Assembly: GCA_043827085.1 (NCBI GenBank)
Contig: JBDRPO010000016.1
Span: forward strand, 42,752 to 106,751
Length of the DNA stretch: 64,000 bases
Reading direction: 5' to 3'
Origin: a bacterium
GTDB lineage: Bacteria > Patescibacteriota > Microgenomatia > UBA1400 > UBA12108
Program-made: the position numbers and the translations under genes
Notes under the pieces: model-generated
Seen by the model: only the letters and a program-made list of their open reading frames with translations
Told to the model about the DNA's origin: nothing
Databases searched by the model: none
Shown: positions 18,314 to 28,584 of the stretch, in pieces
How positions within the stretch are numbered: position 1 is the first letter of the stretch
Layout: every line of letters starts with the position of its first letter

Positions 18314-19816
18314 ATGAGTATATTACTTAAGTCACTGCTAGCTACTTTTCAACAATCAGGGAAACCCAAACCCCCTCAAGTCAAAGCCAAGCCAGCTGTA
18401 GCCAAAAAAGATGCGGTCAAAACAGTCAGTCCAGAACTTATCAAACAAGCCGAGAACACAGCAAAAGAGGTCCTGGCTTTTGCCCGCGAGGAAGCCGACA
18501 AAATCAGGGAAACCGCCAAAGTTGAGATGCGCGAACTCCAGAACACTCTGCGCACCCAAGAAGAGAAACTCCGGAAAACCGAAGATGACTTGGGTCACAA
18601 AAACTCTCAAATCTCTGCTCGTCTCGCCGAAATAGAAGAGACCAAACAAGCGATTCAAGAACTACAAGTAAAACAAGTCGAAAAACTCGAAAAAATTGGC
18701 GGACTCACCAAAGAAAAAGCCAAAGACATCCTCCTTGAAGCCGTCGACAAAAAGCTCGCTCGTGACGTGGCCGAGCGCATCCGCGCTGCCGAAGACGAGA
18801 TTAAAGAGACGGTCGACAACAAAGCTCGCGATCTCTTGATCGATGCCATGTATCACGGTTCAACAGAGTATGTTGCCGAGTTTACGATCTCCACCGTCAA
18901 GATAGCCGACGACGACGTCAAAGGTCGCATCATTGGTAAAGAGGGTAGAAACATCCGCACCTTTGAAAAAGTCACTGGAGTTGATATCGACATGGATGAG
19001 ACTCCCGGGGAAGTTCGCTTGTCCTGTTACGACGGGGTGCGTCGCGAGATTGCCCGCGTCGCCCTCGAGCGCCTCATTAAAGACGGTCGTATCCAACCAA
19101 CCCGCATCGAAGAATATGTCACCAAAGCCCGTCACGACATCGAAAAAATCATGTATGAGGAGGGTAAGAAACTCTGTCACATGGTTGGAGCCTACAACCT
19201 TCCCCAGGAACTGATCGCCATGTTGGGTAGGTTCAAATTCCGTTCCAGTTACGGCCAAAATATGCTGGCCCATACCCTAGAAGAAACCAGGATCGGCATG
19301 AATCTAGCCGCCGAAGTCCGCGCCAATGTTGATGTGGTGAAGCTTGGTTGTCTCTTCCATGATATCGGTAAAATAATTACCGAAGAAGAGGGTAGTCACG
19401 TCGAGCTCGGTGTAAAACTGCTCAAAAAACACAACATGCCACAAGCTGTCGTGAACTGCGTAGCCGAACACCACGAAGACATGGAGTTCTCGAGTAAAGA
19501 ATCTATCCTCGTCTACATCGCCGACGCAATCTCTGGCTCCAGGCCTGGCGCTCGCTACGAAAATGTCCAGGAATACACAACTAGGCTCAAAGCCATCGAA
19601 GACATCGCCATGAGTAAGTCTGGCGTGACCGAAGCTTACGCCATCTCGGCAGGACGTGAAGTGCGCGTGATGGTTGATCCAGGCAAGGCCAACGATGATG
19701 AAGCTGTGAGGCTAGCTTCTGATATCCGTGACGAGATCAAAGAAAAACTGACCTATCCAGGTACAGTCACTGTTACCGTCATTCGAGAAACTCGCGCCCA
19801 ACAAGTAGCTAAATAG
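18314..19816 (+). CDS. rny: Ribonuclease Y
   Basis: It has an N-terminal TM helix, a coiled coil, a KH domain (GRIIGKEGRNIRTFEKVTGVD) and an HD domain (LFHDIGK...AEHHE). Confidence 0.9.
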   Translation: MSILLKSLLATFQQSGKPKPPQVKAKPAVAKKDAVKTVSPELIKQAENTAKEVLAFAREEADKIRETAKVEMRELQNTLRTQEEKLRKTEDDLGHKNSQISARLAEIEETKQAIQELQVKQVEKLEKIGGLTKEKAKDILLEAVDKKLARDVAERIRAAEDEIKETVDNKARDLLIDAMYHGSTEYVAEFTISTVKIADDDVKGRIIGKEGRNIRTFEKVTGVDIDMDETPGEVRLSCYDGVRREIARVALERLIKDGRIQPTRIEEYVTKARHDIEKIMYEEGKKLCHMVGAYNLPQELIAMLGRFKFRSSYGQNMLAHTLEETRIGMNLAAEVRANVDVVKLGCLFHDIGKIITEEEGSHVELGVKLLKKHNMPQAVVNCVAEHHEDMEFSSKESILVYIADAISGSRPGARYENVQEYTTRLKAIEDIAMSKSGVTEAYAISAGREVRVMVDPGKANDDEAVRLASDIRDEIKEKLTYPGTVTVTVIRETRAQQVAK

Positions 19817-19877
19817 TCAAATTATTATTAATAATGTACTATGTACTAAGTACTATGTACACAACCGAAGGGAGTAT

Positions 19878-20153
19878 ATGAAGAAGTCCGATTACTACGA
19901 TATTATTGCCAAGTCCGCCCACATGACTAAAAAAACCGCCAAAGACGCGATCGACACGTTTTTGGGTGAAGTGGTAAAAACTTTGAAAAAGGGTGACAAA
20001 GTAGTTTTATCTGGTGTCGGGACACTTTCTATCGGCAAAGTCGGACCCAAAGATGTCGTCCCTTTCGGCAAAGCTGATAAACGTGTCACAGTGAAGTCTC
20101 ACCACGTCGTGAATTTCAAAGCCTCCAAGCCCCTCCGCAAGATAATCTGGTAG
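19878..20153 (+). CDS. hup: HU/IHF-family DNA-binding protein
   Basis: A 91-aa basic protein with HU-like arm motifs (KKGDKVVLSGVGTLSIGKVGPK). Confidence 0.75.
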   Translation: MKKSDYYDIIAKSAHMTKKTAKDAIDTFLGEVVKTLKKGDKVVLSGVGTLSIGKVGPKDVVPFGKADKRVTVKSHHVVNFKASKPLRKIIW

Positions 20154-20164
20154 TCCCGCTCCCA

Positions 20165-20241
20165 AAGGTCTGACCTGCTAAGGAGATCCCGACAAACAGT
20201 CGAGATGTTTAGTCGAACGCAGTGAGACCAGGTCAGACCTT
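20165..20241. repeat. REP/MITE-like palindromic element copy B
   Basis: AAGGTCTGACCTGCTAAGGAGATCC...GATGTTTAGTCGAAC...CAGGTCAGACCTT. It lies between hup and the ABC ATPase gene. Confidence 0.8.
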
Positions 20242-20258
20242 AATGTATACTGAAGCCT

Positions 20259-21185
20259 ATGACTCATACAATCCTTGTAGAAAATTTATCAAAAGTATAT
20301 CAAGTCCAAAAAAAGCGTCCTGGCTTAGCAGGGTCTCTCAAAGACCTCTTTTCTCCAAAGTATGAGGACAAACCAGCCGTTAATGGAGTCTCCTTTGTCA
20401 TCGACGAAGGGGAGCTAGTCGGTTTCATCGGCCCCAACGGCGCGGGCAAGACGACTACCCTCAAAATGCTCTCCGGCCTCCTCCATCCCACCTCGGGGGA
20501 GGTGCGCGTCCTTGGGTTTGATCCGTGGGGGAGAGATTATGAGTTCCTCAAATCCATCTCGCTTGTCATGGGTCAGAAAAACCAGTTATGGTGGGACTTG
20601 CCCGCCATCGAATCATTTAACCTCGCCCGCGACATCTACGATATCCCGAACGTTGATTACAAAAAGACACTTCATTCACTTGTTGAAATGCTCGGTATTG
20701 GCGATGTACTAAATGTCCAGGTTAGGAAACTCTCCCTTGGCCAAAGGATGAAAGCAGAGCTCGTTGCCGCCCTCATTCACTCTCCCAAAGTACTCTTTTT
20801 GGACGAGCCCACGATCGGTCTCGACGTCGTGATGCAGCAAGCCGTTCGTAGTTTTATCAAAGACTACAACGCTCATCATGATGGCGCGATTATTTTGACC
20901 AGTCACTACATGGAGGACGTGAAAGAACTCTGTAAACGCATCATCATTATCAACGAAGGAACCATCCTCTACGACGGACTCTTGGGGGACGTCATCACCA
21001 AGTTTAGCAAACACAAAATCATCGAGATCATCCTCGTAAGTGGTGAGATAAAAACTCAAAAAGTCCTTCGCGCCAAAGTCCCCGAAGTCGCTGCTCAAAT
21101 CCTAAAAACTATGCCGGTTATGGATATTAACATCAAAGAAATCACGATCGAAGAAGTAATCAGGTCAGTCTTTACCGCCAAATGA
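20259..21185 (+). CDS. ABC transporter ATP-binding protein (ABC-2 type exporter)
   Basis: Walker A GPNGAGKTTTLKML, the LSLGQRMK signature and Walker B LFLDEPT are present. Confidence 0.9.
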   Translation: MTHTILVENLSKVYQVQKKRPGLAGSLKDLFSPKYEDKPAVNGVSFVIDEGELVGFIGPNGAGKTTTLKMLSGLLHPTSGEVRVLGFDPWGRDYEFLKSISLVMGQKNQLWWDLPAIESFNLARDIYDIPNVDYKKTLHSLVEMLGIGDVLNVQVRKLSLGQRMKAELVAALIHSPKVLFLDEPTIGLDVVMQQAVRSFIKDYNAHHDGAIILTSHYMEDVKELCKRIIIINEGTILYDGLLGDVITKFSKHKIIEIILVSGEIKTQKVLRAKVPEVAAQILKTMPVMDINIKEITIEEVIRSVFTAK

Positions 21186-21970
21186 AAAAATATCTCTCAA
21201 TTTTCTCTATTACTTTTCAGGAAATTTTTACCTATCGCTTAAACATGTTTATGTGGCGTGTTCGCCAGATTTTCGTTTTTCTCATTCCTTTCTTTATTTG
21301 GCGAGCAGTCCTCGGAGGTGGTGGCGACATCTATGGGTATTCTTTTGCCGGGATCATGACCTACCTTTTTGGTACCACCATTTTGCGCTCACTAGTCATG
21401 GGTTCTCGCACGGTCGATTTAGGTTGGATGATCAATAGTGGTAACTTAACGATTCCCCTAATGCGCCCCATTGGTATTTTTCGCTTTCTGATGACCCGTG
21501 ATCTCGCCGACAAATTGTTTAATCTGAGTTTTATCTTCCTCGAAGTGCCCCTCATTCTTTTTCTTTTTCACCCTCCCGTTTTTCTGCAAGTCAACCCCCT
21601 AAATCTCGTTTTAACAATTTGTAGTGTCGTTCTAGCTATTCTTCTGTACTTTTTCATCAACATTATCTTCGGCGCGATTGGTTTTTGGTCACGTGACGTG
21701 TGGGCACCCAGATTTCTCCTTATGGTAATCATGGAGTTTGCGACCGGCGCCATGTTCCCCCTCGACATGCTCTCTTCTTTTTGGCAAAAAATTATGCTTG
21801 CCACTCCCTTTCCCTATCTTCTCTTTGTCCCACTTAAAATATATCTCGGGGCAGACTCCAACCTTATCCTCCACTTAAGTATTCAATTAATCTGGACTAT
21901 CGTCTTGTTCCTCCTCACTAAATCTATTTGGCAGAAAGGACTCCTTAGATATGAGGCAGAGGGACGTTAG
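21182..21970 (+). CDS. ABC-2 family transporter permease
   Basis: A six-TM hydrophobic protein coupled by overlap to the ATPase. Confidence 0.65.
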   Translation: MKKYLSIFSITFQEIFTYRLNMFMWRVRQIFVFLIPFFIWRAVLGGGGDIYGYSFAGIMTYLFGTTILRSLVMGSRTVDLGWMINSGNLTIPLMRPIGIFRFLMTRDLADKLFNLSFIFLEVPLILFLFHPPVFLQVNPLNLVLTICSVVLAILLYFFINIIFGAIGFWSRDVWAPRFLLMVIMEFATGAMFPLDMLSSFWQKIMLATPFPYLLFVPLKIYLGADSNLILHLSIQLIWTIVLFLLTKSIWQKGLLRYEAEGR

Positions 21971-22760
21971 ACTAAAGAGTTATTGGCAGGTCTGGCTCAG
22001 GCTTACCCAACTTCAGTTCCAGCAGCAGATAGGTAATGCTCGTGGAGCCGCACTCCTGTTTATCTTTGGTAAACTATTCCGCCTAGGCACCGCCTTTCTC
22101 ATGGTATTTTTGATAGTCGGACGCGCCAAACTAATAGCTGGCTACAACCTTCCTCAAGCCATCTTTATCTTGGCTCTTTTTAATCTCACCTCAAGTGTTA
22201 CACAACTTTTTATGCGGGGAATCTATGTCTTCCGCCAAAAAATTGTCGATGGCACTTTCGATTTTTACTTGCTCAACCCCTTGTCTGAGCTTTTTTATAG
22301 CCTCTTCTCCTATACCGACCCCATGGATCTCCTTCTTTTTATCCCCTATCTTGGTATCGCGATTTGGGCTGGGATCGGCACTGGTTTTACCTTTACACTT
22401 CCAATAATTATCTCTATTCTGATTACCTTTATTCTTGTTGAGATCATGATTATTGCTTGGCACATCATTATGATGGGAGTGGGTATCCGCTATCTTGAAG
22501 TTGATAACATCATTATGCTTTACCGCGATCTCGAAAAAATGGCTGCCTTCCCCATCAATATGTATGGCAAATGGGGGAGCATTTTCTTGACCTACGTCAT
22601 GCCCTTTGCCCTCATGGCGACGATCCCCGCCAACATTCTCTTTGGCCTTTTTAATCCCTGGTATCTACTTGTCTTTGCAGCTCTAGCTTTTGCTCAGCTC
22701 AAATTCGCTCTCCATTTCTGGTACCAATCGCTTCTTGTTTATAGTTCAGCCTCGAGTTAG
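21951..22760 (+). CDS. ABC-2 family transporter permease (second subunit)
   Basis: Hydrophobic multi-TM protein in the same operon. Confidence 0.6.
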   Translation: MRQRDVRLKSYWQVWLRLTQLQFQQQIGNARGAALLFIFGKLFRLGTAFLMVFLIVGRAKLIAGYNLPQAIFILALFNLTSSVTQLFMRGIYVFRQKIVDGTFDFYLLNPLSELFYSLFSYTDPMDLLLFIPYLGIAIWAGIGTGFTFTLPIIISILITFILVEIMIIAWHIIMMGVGIRYLEVDNIIMLYRDLEKMAAFPINMYGKWGSIFLTYVMPFALMATIPANILFGLFNPWYLLVFAALAFAQLKFALHFWYQSLLVYSSASS

Positions 22761-22778
22761 ACGTGTTACAATTAAGGG

Positions 22779-23702
22779 ATGGCTATTCTTGAGGTCAAAG
22801 ATCTAGTTAAGACTTTTAAAAAATCTCCCGTCATTAAAGGGATTAGTTTTGACATGGCAGAAGGGGAGATCTTGGGTATCCTAGGTCCAAACGGTGCCGG
22901 CAAAACCACCACCATTCAGATGATTTTAGGTATCCTCACTCCGACCTCCGGTTCCATCAATGTTTTCGGGAAAGAGATTATGGCTCACCATTCCGAGATT
23001 CTCGAGTCCATGAACTTTTCTTCGACCTATGTCGATCTCCCGTGGCGCCTCACCGTCAAAGAAAATCTCACCTGGTCATCCTATCTCTACAATATTCCTG
23101 ACCGGAAGAAACGCCTCAACCAAATCAAAGAACTCTTTCGTTTAGAGAAACAATGGAACCAACCGGTAGCCAGTCTCTCCGCTGGCCAAAAGACACGCGT
23201 GAACCTTGCTCGCTCCATGGTCAATTTCCCTCATCTCCTGCTCCTTGATGAGCCAACGGCTAGCCTCGACCCCGAAGTAGCCGCCTATATCCGCGAGTTT
23301 TTTTCCGATCAACAAGAACGATTTAATAAAAGTATTATCTTGACTAGCCACAACATGGCAGAAGTCGAGGAACTCTGTGATCGTGTCCTTATCCTCAAAG
23401 ATGGTCTCTTAATAGATAATGACACGCCAGCGAACCTTGCTAAAAAAATCGAATTCTGTCATCTCCGCCTTCGCGTCACCAAAAACCCAAGTGCGCTGCA
23501 ACAACTCGCCTCTACTCGTCATCTCGAAATAAGTAACGAAGATGGGATATATTCAATTACTATCAAAGAAAAGCTCCTCCCACTTTTCCTTTATGAAGTG
23601 ACCAAAAAGAATACTGTCTACACCGAAATCTCTATCGATAAGCCTACCCTCGAGGACTATTTTATGAAAGTTGCCAAAGGTGGATCAAATGAAGCTCTAT
23701 AG
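22779..23702 (+). CDS. ABC transporter ATP-binding protein
   Basis: GPNGAGKTTTIQMI, the LSAGQKTR signature and LLLDEPT are present. Confidence 0.9.
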   Translation: MAILEVKDLVKTFKKSPVIKGISFDMAEGEILGILGPNGAGKTTTIQMILGILTPTSGSINVFGKEIMAHHSEILESMNFSSTYVDLPWRLTVKENLTWSSYLYNIPDRKKRLNQIKELFRLEKQWNQPVASLSAGQKTRVNLARSMVNFPHLLLLDEPTASLDPEVAAYIREFFSDQQERFNKSIILTSHNMAEVEELCDRVLILKDGLLIDNDTPANLAKKIEFCHLRLRVTKNPSALQQLASTRHLEISNEDGIYSITIKEKLLPLFLYEVTKKNTVYTEISIDKPTLEDYFMKVAKGGSNEAL

Positions 23703-24474
23703 AATCTGGGGACTTTTCCTCCGTTACTACTATAATATGGTCCATTCATACGATCGTTTAAGCGACATATTTTTTTGGCCATTTCTTGATCTGCTCATGT
23801 GGGGACTAACCACACGCTATATCGTCGGCGAGAGTGGGGTAGACAACAAAATCGTTCTGGCTCTTTTGGGCGGACTAATTTTATGGATCTTCCCCTGGCG
23901 CAGTCAATACGAAATCTCAGTTAGTCTCCTAGACGACATTTGGAATAGGAACTTTGTCAATATTTTTGCGACCCCAGTCTTATTTATCGAATGGGTCGTC
24001 ACCCTCATGCTAATTGGTATCCTCAAAGGCATTATCTCCTTCGCCTTCGCTTCCGCCTTAGCGTATGCGCTCTACTCCACCAACATCTACTCTCTTGGGT
24101 TATCACTCCTACCCTGGGCGGGACTACTCATCATTTTTGGTTGGGTTTTTGGTATCCTCATTAGTGGTATTATCATGCGCTACGGTACCAAAATCCAAAC
24201 CCTCGCCTGGACATCCATCTACATGATTGCACCTTTTGTTGGAGTTTTCTATCCAGTCTCTATCCTTCCCGCTTGGGCACAAAACGTCGCCCACTGGGTA
24301 CCCGCGAGTTATGTTTTTGACGCTATGCGTAAACTAATCAACGGTACCCCAGTTCCCATGCCCAATCTCATTTGGCCACTGATCCTTTGCTTGTTCTATC
24401 TGATTATCGCCATGTATATGCTCTATGTTAGCTACCGCGCCATCCTCAAACGAGGATTGATCTCAGTTGAATAA
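23671..24474 (+). CDS. ABC-2 family transporter permease
   Basis: A multi-TM protein following the ATPase. Confidence 0.65.
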   Translation: MPKVDQMKLYRIWGLFLRYYYNMVHSYDRLSDIFFWPFLDLLMWGLTTRYIVGESGVDNKIVLALLGGLILWIFPWRSQYEISVSLLDDIWNRNFVNIFATPVLFIEWVVTLMLIGILKGIISFAFASALAYALYSTNIYSLGLSLLPWAGLLIIFGWVFGILISGIIMRYGTKIQTLAWTSIYMIAPFVGVFYPVSILPAWAQNVAHWVPASYVFDAMRKLINGTPVPMPNLIWPLILCLFYLIIAMYMLYVSYRAILKRGLISVE

Positions 24475-24476
24475 GT

Positions 24477-25331
24477 ATGAACAAGCTCCTCTGTATCGTT
24501 GGCCCAACCGGAACCAGGAAAACCGCGAGAGCACTTGAAATGGCTAAAGAGCAACCCAGTGTCCTCATTTCCGCCGACTCGCGCCAAGTTTATCGCGGCA
24601 TGGACATCGTGACGGGGAAAGATCACCCGCGAGATATCGCCATTTATGGGATCGATGTCGTGGAGCCCGACGAATCTTGTTCTGTCTCTGTTTGGTACGA
24701 TGCCGTGATGCCAAAGATCGAGCGAGCTTGGGGAGAGAGGAAGCTTCCGATCGTCGTCGGTGGTACCGGTCTCTACGTCAAAGCTTTGACTATGGGGATT
24801 CAGACTATGCATATTCCAATCAATCACGCTCTCCGCGACAAACTCGAGACACTTTCTGTTTCAGAATTGCAGACCAAACTACAAGAAGAAAATTCAGCTA
24901 AATTCTCCTCTCTGAACCACAGCGATCAAAACAATCCGCGCCGTCTGATACGCGCGATCGAAGTATCCCAGTCTTCCCACCAATCATTGACTATTGGTCC
25001 TCTACCATCGGCCAAGCTAATCGGACTCAAATACTTCGATTATTCGAATTATCGAAGTATTGTTCACAAGCGAGTTTTAATTCGTCTTTCGCAGGGCGCC
25101 ATTGAGGAAACAAAATTTCTTCTTAAAAAATATAACAAAGACATCCAATCCATGTCTGCAATTGGTTATCGCAGTATTATCAAATTTCTTGAGAAATCAT
25201 TGACTGAAGAAGAAATGATCAAAACTTGGGTAGAGGGTGAGCTCGCCTATGCCAAGCGCCAACTAACCTGGTTTCGCAAACAGAGCGTAATTTGGTATGA
25301 TGTAGACACATATGGAATCACACAAAATTGA
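24477..25331 (+). CDS. miaA: tRNA dimethylallyltransferase
   Basis: The P-loop IVGPTGTRKT and DSRQVYRGMDIVT are MiaA signatures. Confidence 0.85.
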   Translation: MNKLLCIVGPTGTRKTARALEMAKEQPSVLISADSRQVYRGMDIVTGKDHPRDIAIYGIDVVEPDESCSVSVWYDAVMPKIERAWGERKLPIVVGGTGLYVKALTMGIQTMHIPINHALRDKLETLSVSELQTKLQEENSAKFSSLNHSDQNNPRRLIRAIEVSQSSHQSLTIGPLPSAKLIGLKYFDYSNYRSIVHKRVLIRLSQGAIEETKFLLKKYNKDIQSMSAIGYRSIIKFLEKSLTEEEMIKTWVEGELAYAKRQLTWFRKQSVIWYDVDTYGITQN

Positions 25332-26301
25332 AATCTCCCCAAAAACAATCCTTTTTGCCATCGGCACCTTGTTGTCAATCTGGTTTTTTTATCAAGTTAG
25401 GAGCATTATAGTTCTTCTTTTTGTAGCCTTTATCCTCATGACCGCCGTTAATCCCTTAATCAAACTCGCTAAAAAAGTCAAAATCCCCACTATCATTGTG
25501 ATGCTAATCGTCTATTTTGGTTTGATCGCCTTGGTCTCGACTGTCGTAGCCTCCCTGATTCCCGCCGTGGTGCAACAAACCAAAGACATTACCCTCCAGC
25601 TCCCTACCTACGTGCATAATCTCGAGACAATTTTCAATGCGAAGTTCGACCCCAACGTCGCTGGCAGCTACCTCAACTCCATCCCCTCCAATCTCTTGAA
25701 AATTGCCGCCGGAGCTTTTAATAACATCATGAATATCCTAGCTCTCTTCTTTATGGCCTATTATCTAGTAGTCGAGCGTCCACATCTCCACAAATATCTG
25801 ATTCGCTTCTTCGGTAATCACCACGCAGAAGAACGCGCCGAAGCCCTCGTTCTAGAAGTTGAAAATCAAGTTGGTGGCTGGGTCCGTGGAGAGCTTATTC
25901 TCATGGCTATCATTGGCGTTATGACCTATTTTGGTTTGATTTTACTTGGGATCCCATACGCCCTACCTTTAGCAATCCTCGCAGGTCTTCTTGAAGCTGT
26001 CCCCAATCTAGGGCCTACTATTGCTGCCGTCCCCGCCATCCTCATGGGTTTGACAGTTTCTCCGATCATCGGTTTAGGAGCACTAATCTTGAGTATCATC
26101 ATCCAACAGCTCGAAAATAATCTCATCGTCCCCAAAGTCATGCAGTCCACGACAGGTACCCAGCCTCTCATTACTATCATCGTCCTCCTTATTGGCTTCA
26201 CCCTCGGTGGTATCGCCGGTGCCATCCTCTCCATGCCACTTTATCTAACTTTGCAGATAGTTATAAAATCATTTAGTCCGTCTCCGGGCGAAAGGAGTTA
26301 A
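25312..26301 (+). CDS. AI-2E family transporter (PerM/UPF0118-like)
   Basis: An eight-TM protein with the typical AI-2E arrangement and motifs (GLILLGIPYALPLAILAGLLEAVPNLGP). Confidence 0.75.
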   Translation: MESHKIEISPKTILFAIGTLLSIWFFYQVRSIIVLLFVAFILMTAVNPLIKLAKKVKIPTIIVMLIVYFGLIALVSTVVASLIPAVVQQTKDITLQLPTYVHNLETIFNAKFDPNVAGSYLNSIPSNLLKIAAGAFNNIMNILALFFMAYYLVVERPHLHKYLIRFFGNHHAEERAEALVLEVENQVGGWVRGELILMAIIGVMTYFGLILLGIPYALPLAILAGLLEAVPNLGPTIAAVPAILMGLTVSPIIGLGALILSIIIQQLENNLIVPKVMQSTTGTQPLITIIVLLIGFTLGGIAGAILSMPLYLTLQIVIKSFSPSPGERS

Positions 26302-26303
26302 AT

Positions 26304-26996
26304 ATGGATATCATGGCATGGCAAAACGCTCTATCCTCAGTATGGACAAGTACCATTGGTTCTTTTCTCGCTCTTTTCCCCAATATTTTAGGTTCCATAA
26401 TTGTAGCTACCCTCGGCATTGTTCTTGGGAATTGGATCAAAACTTTAACTATCAAAAGCCTCCAAATGCTCCGTTTTGAGACTCTGATCAAAGACAGTAA
26501 ATTCAAGGCTTTTCTGCTCAAGGCTGAGGTAACAGACAAGGTCGAAGAAGTGATAGGTAGTATCCTCAAATGGCTCATCGTCTTGACTTTCTTTATCGCC
26601 GCAACCAACATCCTAGGGCTCACTACTGTCTCCAACGTCCTGGTCGGTGTCCTCGGTTATGTTCCAAATGTAATTTCCGCGGTCATTGTCATGGCCATCG
26701 GAGTACTCCTCGCCGGCATCGTTGAAGGTTTTGTCAAAGGCGCTCTCGCCAGTGTGGATCTCAAAACTTCCCGTTTAATGGGGAAAATCGCTAGCTACAC
26801 CGTCATCACGATCGCCACCTTGGCCGCCTTCTCCGAACTCAAGATAGCCGCTGGCTTCATCAACATCCTCTTTATCGGATTTGTTACCATGATGGCCCTT
26901 GGCTTTGGTCTCGCAATCGGGCTCGGCGCTAAAGATGTGATCGGTCAGATATTATCTGATTGGTACAAAGAACTAAAAAGAGATCTCAAAAAATAA
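26304..26996 (+). CDS. Membrane protein with two internal TM-helix repeats (MscS-N-terminal TM_helix-like)
   Basis: The motif AIGVLLAGIVEGFVKG is repeated in each half. Function unknown. Confidence 0.45.
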   Translation: MDIMAWQNALSSVWTSTIGSFLALFPNILGSIIVATLGIVLGNWIKTLTIKSLQMLRFETLIKDSKFKAFLLKAEVTDKVEEVIGSILKWLIVLTFFIAATNILGLTTVSNVLVGVLGYVPNVISAVIVMAIGVLLAGIVEGFVKGALASVDLKTSRLMGKIASYTVITIATLAAFSELKIAAGFINILFIGFVTMMALGFGLAIGLGAKDVIGQILSDWYKELKRDLKK

Positions 26997-26999
26997 GCC

Positions 27000-27779
27000 T
27001 TGCTTATGAATATTTTACAGAGTCTAGTCCTCGGTATTGTCGAGGGACTTACCGAATTTTTGCCCGTTTCCTCCACTTTTCATCTTATCGTTTCCGCGCG
27101 TCTCCTCGCCCTTAGCTCCTCTGACTTTCTCAAGCTATTCGAGGTATTTATCCAAAGTGGCGCCATCCTAGCTCTCCTTTTTATCTATACTAGAACACTT
27201 CTCAAAGATCAAAAACTCATTACGAATGTTTTCTATTCCTTCGTCCCTACCGCAGTTGTGGGCCTAGTGTTTCACAAAATTATCAAGACTGTATTTTTTG
27301 AATCCAACTGGCTCATGCTGTCAGCCTTTATTGGCGTTGGATTGATCTTTCTTTTTCTCGAAAGATCCTCACTTGTCCTCGAGAAGACCTGTCACGCCAT
27401 TACTCCCAAACAGGCGATTCTAATTGGTCTCGCCCAAGCCTGTTCAGTTATCCCAGGTGTATCACGCGCGGGCTCCGTCATTGTCGTTATGATGCTTCTT
27501 GGTTACAAAAGAGCTGAAGCTGCCAAGTATACATTCCTTTTGTCTTTCCCGACGATCCTAGCTGCGAGCGTGCTTGACTTATATCAGGGGAGGACGGCCA
27601 TCATCGATCATAGTGACGGTTGGCTACTCCTCGCTCTCGGATTTTTCAGCGCTCTCTTCGTTGCCTACTTTGTCGTGAAATGGTTCACGCGCTACCTCGA
27701 AAACCACACTCTCACCATCTTTGGATGGTACAGACTAGCTCTGGCCAGTCTCCTGGTAGTCTTTAAGGTCTTACCTTAA
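27000..27779 (+). CDS. uppP: Undecaprenyl-diphosphatase
   Basis: GLTEFLPVSST.HL and the later PGVSRAGS motif are typical of BacA/UppP. Confidence 0.85.
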   Translation: MLMNILQSLVLGIVEGLTEFLPVSSTFHLIVSARLLALSSSDFLKLFEVFIQSGAILALLFIYTRTLLKDQKLITNVFYSFVPTAVVGLVFHKIIKTVFFESNWLMLSAFIGVGLIFLFLERSSLVLEKTCHAITPKQAILIGLAQACSVIPGVSRAGSVIVVMMLLGYKRAEAAKYTFLLSFPTILAASVLDLYQGRTAIIDHSDGWLLLALGFFSALFVAYFVVKWFTRYLENHTLTIFGWYRLALASLLVVFKVLP

Positions 27780-28578
27780 TTGCCAGGGGATCAGAGAATA
27801 TCGAAAGCATTTTTCCACTGCCGTCATACAGCTCAGCTCTAATAATCTCAACTTCCCCAAGTCCTGGGAAACTGTAACTCGCAAGCTCAGTTCGACTGCT
27901 CGGGAGCGCGCCAACAGAGTCAAAATTAACTCTAATTTTTTTACCCAGGCTATCAGAACTCGGTGTTTGTGCGGTGATATTTATCCCTGCCGCTGGTTGG
28001 ATAGTAAACGGTTCGCTCACATACGATACCTCTATCATCCCTCGTACTGCCCCAGTTCCATTTATCGTATATATTCTTCCTTCAGTGTTAGAAATCTTCT
28101 GCAAGCCAATCTGAGCTGCTCGCGCCACGTCATACAGAAGAAGACTGCCTTCCCACTTTGCCTCTTGATTGTTTACGACCACCCAAACCGCTCCCGTTCT
28201 AGCTCCTTCTGGGATTTTTACCTCTAGAATCGAATTGCTCCATCTGACAATAGATTCTTTAGTCGCTTCGCTGTTTCCCACAAACACGCGGCTACCCCAT
28301 TGGTAATCACCAAAGTTTGATCCGAGAAGTACCACCGTGTCCCCAGTCTTTCCGAAAAACATGCTTACTCTATCAATCTTTGGTGGAACAGTCGGATAGT
28401 TAGGGGGAGGAGTCACAACCGGAGCTTCCTCCGCCGCCGATGACCTATTTTCTGTGTCCTGCTGAGCCAGCCTCACGGAAATTGGGACAATCAGGACCAA
28501 GAACAGGACCACATTAAATCCAACAATCCTTTTCCAGGACAAGGTACGATTAATTCGTTCATAGATATTTTCTTGCAT
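27763..28578 (-). CDS. Hypothetical membrane-anchored extracellular protein with an IPT/TIG-like domain
   Basis: It has an N-terminal TM helix, a Pro-rich linker and VVLLGSNFG (IPT-like). No catalytic motif was found. Confidence 0.45.
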   Translation of the reverse strand: MQENIYERINRTLSWKRIVGFNVVLFLVLIVPISVRLAQQDTENRSSAAEEAPVVTPPPNYPTVPPKIDRVSMFFGKTGDTVVLLGSNFGDYQWGSRVFVGNSEATKESIVRWSNSILEVKIPEGARTGAVWVVVNNQEAKWEGSLLLYDVARAAQIGLQKISNTEGRIYTINGTGAVRGMIEVSYVSEPFTIQPAAGINITAQTPSSDSLGKKIRVNFDSVGALPSSRTELASYSFPGLGEVEIIRAELYDGSGKMLSIFSDPLAIKVRP

Positions 28579-28584
28579 GGGTCT

